This document shows, piece by piece, positions 59,251-64,000 of a DNA stretch of 64,000 nucleotides. Both the position numbers and the translations under genes were made by a program. The stretch is taken from positions 2,048,001 to 2,112,000 of the forward strand of contig CAXXWQ010000004.1 in NCBI GenBank assembly GCA_963674945.2. The letters are read 5' to 3'. How positions within the stretch are numbered: the first letter of the stretch is position 1; every line of letters begins with the position of its first letter. Under the pieces are notes generated by a model. It ran no database searches and had not been told where the DNA came from. It worked only from the letters and a program-made list of their open reading frames with translations. Source of the stretch: an uncultured Desulfosarcina sp. (GTDB lineage Bacteria; Desulfobacterota; Desulfobacteria; Desulfobacterales; Desulfosarcinaceae).

Positions 59251-60461
59251 GAAAAAAAACTCTTTTGACCATCGCCGGCATATTGTTCGTTGCCGCGCAG
59301 GCAGCGGCAGAATGCAGCATGTCCATGCCAACCTATCGGCGCCTTTCGGCCATCGAGGATCTCATGGCCGAAAACGAATTCGACCAGGCCGAAGCAAAAC
59401 TCAACGAGATGCTGGATCATCTGCCCGGCCGCAAGGAGGACTGCGCCTACATCTACTACACGACGGCCATGTTGTATCTGCAGAAAAACGACTATCCCAA
59501 GGCCAGATCCTATTTCGAATCCGCCTATGGTCTGCAACGTTTTCCGCAAAAGACCCTTTTATACGTCGAAAAGACGCTGGCGGGACTTTACATGCAGGAA
59601 GAGAATTTCGAATCCGCTATCCGCTATTATGAAGCCCATATGCAACACGCACCCGAGCCGGACAAGGATATCTATCTCGGGCTGGGAACCGCACATTACT
59701 ACCGAAAGGCGTATGCAAAGGCCATCGACCTTTTCAAAAAGGCCAACGCGCTTTTCGAACCGTCCCCCTCCCCCTTTTTGATGCTCTTTTCCTCCTACTA
59801 CGAATTACAGCGTCTCGACGAAGCGGCCCGGACCCTCGAACAGATGATACGCCTCTGGCCCGACGAACCGCGGTATTGGCTGCAATTGGCCACCCTTTAT
59901 ATCGAACGGGGGTCCTATGATCGCTCCCTGGAAATCATGCAGGCGGCATGGACCAGGGAATTTTTAACCAAAGAGACGGACATCATGCAGTATGTGTATG
60001 CCTTGTACGAAGAACATCTGCCCTACAAAGCCGCAACGATCCTCCAACGGGCCATCGATTTGCGTTTCCTTGAAGAGAACCGGAAGAACTATGAGATGCT
60101 GGCCACCATGTTCCATGAGGCCAAGGAGCGCGAAAGCGCCATCCAGGGATGGGAAAAGGCCGCCGACTATTCGACGGATGGAAAAAACGACCTGTGCATC
60201 GCCCAATTGTGTTTTGAAATGGAAGACGCCTACGACCGTGTCATCCGATACGCAAATCGCGCGCTGGCCAAGGGCATCAACAAGCCCGGCAGTGCCCACA
60301 TGCTGATCGCGGTTGCCTGCAATGAGTTGGGACAAACGGATACGGCCAAAAAACATATCATGGAAGCCGGCCGCTACAAGGAGACAAGCAAAACATCCTC
60401 GCAATGGCTAAAGCGTCTGGACGATGAAAGTTCTCTGTTGGATTACGCCGGGAACCAGTGA
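59247..60461 (+). CDS. Tetratricopeptide-repeat periplasmic protein (TtpD-like)
   Basis: ATG overlaps the tonB stop (ATGA); signal peptide MRKKTLL..AAA; several TPR-like helices. Confidence 0.85.
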   Translation: MRKKTLLTIAGILFVAAQAAAECSMSMPTYRRLSAIEDLMAENEFDQAEAKLNEMLDHLPGRKEDCAYIYYTTAMLYLQKNDYPKARSYFESAYGLQRFPQKTLLYVEKTLAGLYMQEENFESAIRYYEAHMQHAPEPDKDIYLGLGTAHYYRKAYAKAIDLFKKANALFEPSPSPFLMLFSSYYELQRLDEAARTLEQMIRLWPDEPRYWLQLATLYIERGSYDRSLEIMQAAWTREFLTKETDIMQYVYALYEEHLPYKAATILQRAIDLRFLEENRKNYEMLATMFHEAKERESAIQGWEKAADYSTDGKNDLCIAQLCFEMEDAYDRVIRYANRALAKGINKPGSAHMLIAVACNELGQTDTAKKHIMEAGRYKETSKTSSQWLKRLDDESSLLDYAGNQ

Positions 60462-60699
60462 CGGACAAATAAAAATCCAAGCAGCTACCGGGATACCAAG
60501 CGACGCGGCCTGGTGTTTCGGGAGGACGCTCCGTTTGAAGAGATGGGAACCCATTATGCATAACCTCTTTCTGTTGAGAGGATAATGACTGAAAAATGAT
60601 GCATACCGCCACCCTGGTATTTCAGATTCGCGATCCGCGAAAGACACCCGAAGCTGGATCCAAATAAAAAAGCTTGACTATACACAGATGATATGAAAG

Positions 60700-60732
60700 T
60701 TAGGTATATAATTTTTAGTTAGGGTATTCTAT
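60700..60732. promoter_or_regulatory. Tandem DtxR-like operators at the porin promoter
   Basis: TTAGGTATATAATT (60700) and TTAGGGTATTCTAT (60719), 19 bp apart, after TTGACT (60674). Confidence 0.65.
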
Positions 60733-60746
60733 TTGTCTAAGAATTG

Positions 60747-60838
60747 CCTTACGGCCTGTGATCGATTGTCGGTGCACAGGAAGTGAAGGCGCAAGAGTAC
60801 GTGCAACGCATGTACGACTTGTGCCTTTTTTATTTTTT
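60747..60838 (+). promoter_or_regulatory. Leader attenuator-like RNA element, copy 7
   Basis: CCTTACG, hairpin CCTGTG..CACAGG, AGTGAAGGCG (60782), terminator AAGGCGCAAG..CTTGTGCCTT-TTTTATTTTTT. Confidence 0.85.
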
Positions 60839-60945
60839 GAGGAAAGGGGGTGAACCATGGACCCCGACATTTTCATCGAGGCCGAAAACGCTGTGGACAG
60901 GAACCGGAAAGAACAACGAAGATACGTTTAACAAGGAGATGAGTA

Positions 60946-62055
60946 ATGAAAAAATCGATTATTAGGGGTTGGTTGTATTTGGCCATTTTCGGATTGATCG
61001 GTTCATCCGCGGTTTGCGCCGAAGTGATGTCCAATCATGAATTGTCGACACGCGTGGAGCAATTGGAGGAAAAGCTAAATGCCGAGGAAGGTGGCATGCC
61101 GGCACAATGGGCCCAGCGGATCACCTTTAGCGGTGTCGTCGAGGTGGAAGCCGGATTCGCAAGCTTCGAGCCTGATGGCGGTGAAAGCGAAGACGAAAGC
61201 GATATCGCCGTTGCCACCGTAGAGCTCGGTGTCGGAGCAAAAATCGCCGATCATGTCTCCGGTGACATCCTCTTTCTGTACGAAGACGGCGAGGACATCG
61301 TCGTCGATGAGGCCGTTATTACCATCGATGGTGAAGATGTCCTACCACTGTATCTGCGGGCCGGAGAAATGTATGTGCCGTTCGGCAGTTTCGAATCCCA
61401 CATGATTTCCGATCCCCTCACATTGGAGATTGGTGAAACGCGGGAAGCCGCCATCCAATTGGGTGCAGAAACCGGAGGAATTCACGGCTCGATTTTCCTT
61501 TTTAACGGGGATGTGGATGAGGCCGATGCCGACGACAATCATATCGACAATTTCGGCGCCGAAGCGGGTTATACCATGGAAAGCGATGCCCTTTCCGTCG
61601 ATGCCGGTGTCAGCTATATCAACGATCTCATGGACGCCGACGGGTTCGAGGATGTTTTCGCCGAGGGCGCCCAGCTTAACGAATATGCTGCCGGGTTGGG
61701 GGCCTATGTTATTGTCAGCATCGGGCCCGCCACCATTATCGGTGAGTATGTGGCCGCCATGGACGATATCGAGTTACTGGACGAGGCCGGGGACACCGTC
61801 TATAGTGAGAAAATCGCCGCATGGAATGCCGAGGCCGGCTTCGGATTTGCCATCGGTGAAAGAGAAGCCACCGTTGCGATCGGGTATCAGGGTACGGACA
61901 AAGCCGAGAATATGTTTCCAGAGACCCGATACCTGGGAACCTTTGGTCTGAACCTGTTTGAAAATACCGCCTTGGCCATCGAATACCTGCACGACGAATA
62001 TGAAAATGACGATGAGGCCGATACATTCACGGCCCAGCTCGCCATTGAATTTTAA
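60946..62055 (+). CDS. LbtU-family porin-like outer-membrane protein
   Basis: Signal peptide, short coiled coil, SGVVEVEA, SDI.VATVELG, LYE, VDEA, G..YVPFG.FE...ISDPLTLEIGET; ends TAQLAIEF. Confidence 0.82.
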   Translation: MKKSIIRGWLYLAIFGLIGSSAVCAEVMSNHELSTRVEQLEEKLNAEEGGMPAQWAQRITFSGVVEVEAGFASFEPDGGESEDESDIAVATVELGVGAKIADHVSGDILFLYEDGEDIVVDEAVITIDGEDVLPLYLRAGEMYVPFGSFESHMISDPLTLEIGETREAAIQLGAETGGIHGSIFLFNGDVDEADADDNHIDNFGAEAGYTMESDALSVDAGVSYINDLMDADGFEDVFAEGAQLNEYAAGLGAYVIVSIGPATIIGEYVAAMDDIELLDEAGDTVYSEKIAAWNAEAGFGFAIGEREATVAIGYQGTDKAENMFPETRYLGTFGLNLFENTALAIEYLHDEYENDDEADTFTAQLAIEF

Positions 62056-62102
62056 ATCAACAAATGCCGGCCACTGGTCCACGAACGAGACCGGTGGTCA
62101 AA

Positions 62103-62136
62103 CACGAAGCCGGAAGAAGGATCTTCCGGCTTCGTG
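62103..62136. terminator. Strong hairpin downstream of the porin gene
   Basis: CACGAAGCCGGAAGA-AGGA-TCTTCCGGCTTCGTG. Confidence 0.6.
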
Positions 62137-62502
62137 AAGAGTCATGATGCCATCAAATCATTTGAGAGGACAGCCCGGCTCGTTGAAATCCGGAACCATA
62201 TCCTTTACTGCGTTGTAGTCCGACTTGCTTTAGACGGTTTTTTCCAAAAGCCAAGCCGTGTTTTCCCCTAAGACTTATCTTATGTTCATTCCTTCTTTTC
62301 AGGGGCTTTCGTTAAAGCAACGACTTTCATAGTTCTTCTCCCTTATTAATCCTGGATCCTTGGATCAAATCCAAATAAATATGGTTTTGACCCTCACTGT
62401 CAACCCTGATATACAATTTGCGTCAGTAAAATTTGACGGTTTCCAAGGAACTGTTCAATCAAAATGATTTATGAAATTTTTTTATCTGGAAGGTAAGAAT
62501 CG

Positions 62503-62703
62503 ATGAGAAAAGCAGATAGGGATGAACAAATCCTCAGGGCTTCAAAGGAGATCGTTGTTAAATTCATTGAGACGGGCCGGGTATCGCCGACCGGTTTTTC
62601 GGAGGCCTTCAAGGCCATCTACCGCGCGGTGGATGAAACGGTGAAAGGGGCGGCGGGAAGCGAAACTGCCGTTGATGCCGACGAGAAGGCATCCGCCAAG
62701 TAA
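62503..62703 (+). CDS. Small conserved hypothetical protein
   Basis: RBS; KEIVVKFIETGRVSP..F...F..IY motif. Confidence 0.75.
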   Translation: MRKADRDEQILRASKEIVVKFIETGRVSPTGFSEAFKAIYRAVDETVKGAAGSETAVDADEKASAK

Positions 62704-62726
62704 AAACAGGGATGTCTATGGATAGG

Positions 62727-62762
62727 AAGGGCGAAAAGGCGCGATCGCCTGAACGCCCTTTA
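62727..62762. terminator. Probable terminator between convergent genes
   Basis: AAGGGCG..AGGCG..CGCCT..CGCCCTTT. Confidence 0.55.
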
Positions 62763-62776
62763 ATAAAAAGAATTCT

Positions 62777-63412
62777 TTAGTGAGCTGTATCTGTTTCTAC
62801 AGCGGGTTTGTTCTCAGTCTTTTCGGTTTCAATTTTGTCGAGCCGTTCTTTTAGATGTGCTATTTTTTGATCAAGCATTTCTTTTTGAAAGCCGTTTATT
62901 TTAAGCGATCGGGCTTTTTCCAGATAACCTTCCGCTTTTTCCAAGTCTTCCGGAGTGTTGTTCCCAATGAGCGTATCCGCTCTGTATTGCAACACCGTAA
63001 AATCAATTGCATCGATTCGAGACTGAACTGTTTTTTTATCGGCTTTGGTTAACGCATATTTTTTTGCATTATTAAGGTATTCATAAATTTTCGCAAAATC
63101 GAGGATACCATCCTGTTCGATCATGCTATCGGCTTTTTTCTGACAAAAAGAAAAAATAAGCATGTAGATTTCATCTTTGAAGTAGGATGATTGTGCATTT
63201 TCCGGCATTTTCATATCAGGAAGTTCCATATACAGTTTCGCACCCATGGGAGCAAAACGTCCTTGCCAAACCTGGATCCCGCCATCGACTTCCTTAATAT
63301 AGTAACTGCTTTTATTCATAGTGCTTGAGACAATTAAAGCAAGCAGCAATAAAATTCCAATCCCAGCCAACCCATACTTGATTTTCTTTTCCATAAAATC
63401 CTTTTCCTTCAT
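62777..63412 (-). CDS. Hypothetical membrane-anchored protein
   Basis: Single N-terminal TM; YYIK..DGGIQVWQGRFAPMG; AT-rich. Confidence 0.75.
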   Translation of the reverse strand: MKEKDFMEKKIKYGLAGIGILLLLALIVSSTMNKSSYYIKEVDGGIQVWQGRFAPMGAKLYMELPDMKMPENAQSSYFKDEIYMLIFSFCQKKADSMIEQDGILDFAKIYEYLNNAKKYALTKADKKTVQSRIDAIDFTVLQYRADTLIGNNTPEDLEKAEGYLEKARSLKINGFQKEMLDQKIAHLKERLDKIETEKTENKPAVETDTAH

Positions 63413-63603
63413 TTTTGTTTTGGTAAGGTAGGTAGGTAAAACGAGCTTGTTTTTTAACCGGAGGCAACAATAGTGGGCAGACCCCTTTGTGTCAATAGCA
63501 ATGTCGATGCAAAGTGTTGTATGGTATGCAATCCGGCATGTATCCGCTTAAAATTACATTTTCAAAACGCGGTTGCCGTTACAATGAAAAAAGGAAGCAG
63601 ACC

Positions 63604-64000
63604 ATGGGCAAACAGGGTAACGCCGTCAAAGCGCTGCGGCGTAAGATGATGGATGAAGCGTTTATCACCATGCCTTGCTGTTTTGACAGCCTGAGCGCGA
63701 AATTAATACAGGAAGCAGGGTTCACACTGACCTTCATGAGTGGATTTGCCGTATCCGCTACACGGCTGGGACTGCCGGATACCGGACTGATTTCGTATGC
63801 CGAGATGGCGGATCAACTTCGAAATATAACGGATTGTGTTGATATTCCGGTCATTGGAGACGGGGATACCGGCTACGGCAATCCGGTGAACGTAATGCGC
63901 ACGGTGAAAGGGTATGCGCGGGCAGGTGCGGCCGGCGTTATGATTGAAGATCAGGTCAGTCCGAAACGCTGTGGCCACACCAGAGGAAAGGAGGTGGTGG
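63604..64000 (+). CDS. Isocitrate lyase/PEP mutase family protein (5' part; runs off the window)
   Basis: Manual translation: MPCCFDSLSA, FMSGF, GLPDTG, DGDTGYG, IEDQVSPKRCGH. Confidence 0.9.
   Translation, partial: MGKQGNAVKALRRKMMDEAFITMPCCFDSLSAKLIQEAGFTLTFMSGFAVSATRLGLPDTGLISYAEMADQLRNITDCVDIPVIGDGDTGYGNPVNVMRTVKGYARAGAAGVMIEDQVSPKRCGHTRGKEVV

Noticed and set aside
20145..60838. RNA element as an ANTAR dual-hairpin target
   Set aside because: It shares AAGGCG overlapping a terminator, but lacks two short stems with A1/G4 hexaloops, and no ANTAR protein is visible in the window.
20145..60838. RNA element as CRISPR repeats or a REP family
   Set aside because: Copies are kilobases apart, always sense-oriented in 5' leaders, with no array structure and no cas genes.
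19021..62136. Integrative element or prophage explanation for the cluster
   Set aside because: No integrase, tRNA, att repeats or phage genes were seen.
63703..63978. Minus-strand 91-aa ORF
   Set aside because: Antisense to the ICL/PEP mutase gene starting at 63604.

Overview
The window reads as a stretch of chromosome from a sulfate-reducing deltaproteobacterium (Desulfobacterales/Desulfosarcina-like; inferred from gene content and repeat families). The first ~19 kb are housekeeping genes: a dpp-type ABC peptide transporter, ETF:quinone oxidoreductase, a PanP-like decarboxylase, a fadN-fadA beta-oxidation pair, dusB and queF. From ~19.0 to ~62.1 kb lies an all plus-strand metal (most likely iron) starvation cluster. 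It encodes a DtxR-family repressor, an AraC regulator, two TonB-dependent receptors, four surface proteins sharing one repeated domain, feoAB with accessory genes, a P1B ATPase, flavodoxin, a DUF2325 protein, a Ttp-type TonB system and an LbtU-like porin. The strongest unexplained signal is a seven-copy leader element, YCTTACG-[26-30 nt variable hairpin]-AGTGAAGGCG-[terminator hairpin]-T-tract, upstream of the cluster's operons. It has the architecture of a terminator/antiterminator switch and I cannot match it to a known riboswitch or RAT family. It is layered on TTAG-N6-CTAA operators that often occur as pairs 19 bp apart; the DUF2325 protein is a candidate trans factor. Also notable is a 159-bp MITE inserted in frame in tonB. 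All family assignments come from recognising motifs by eye; no searches were run.
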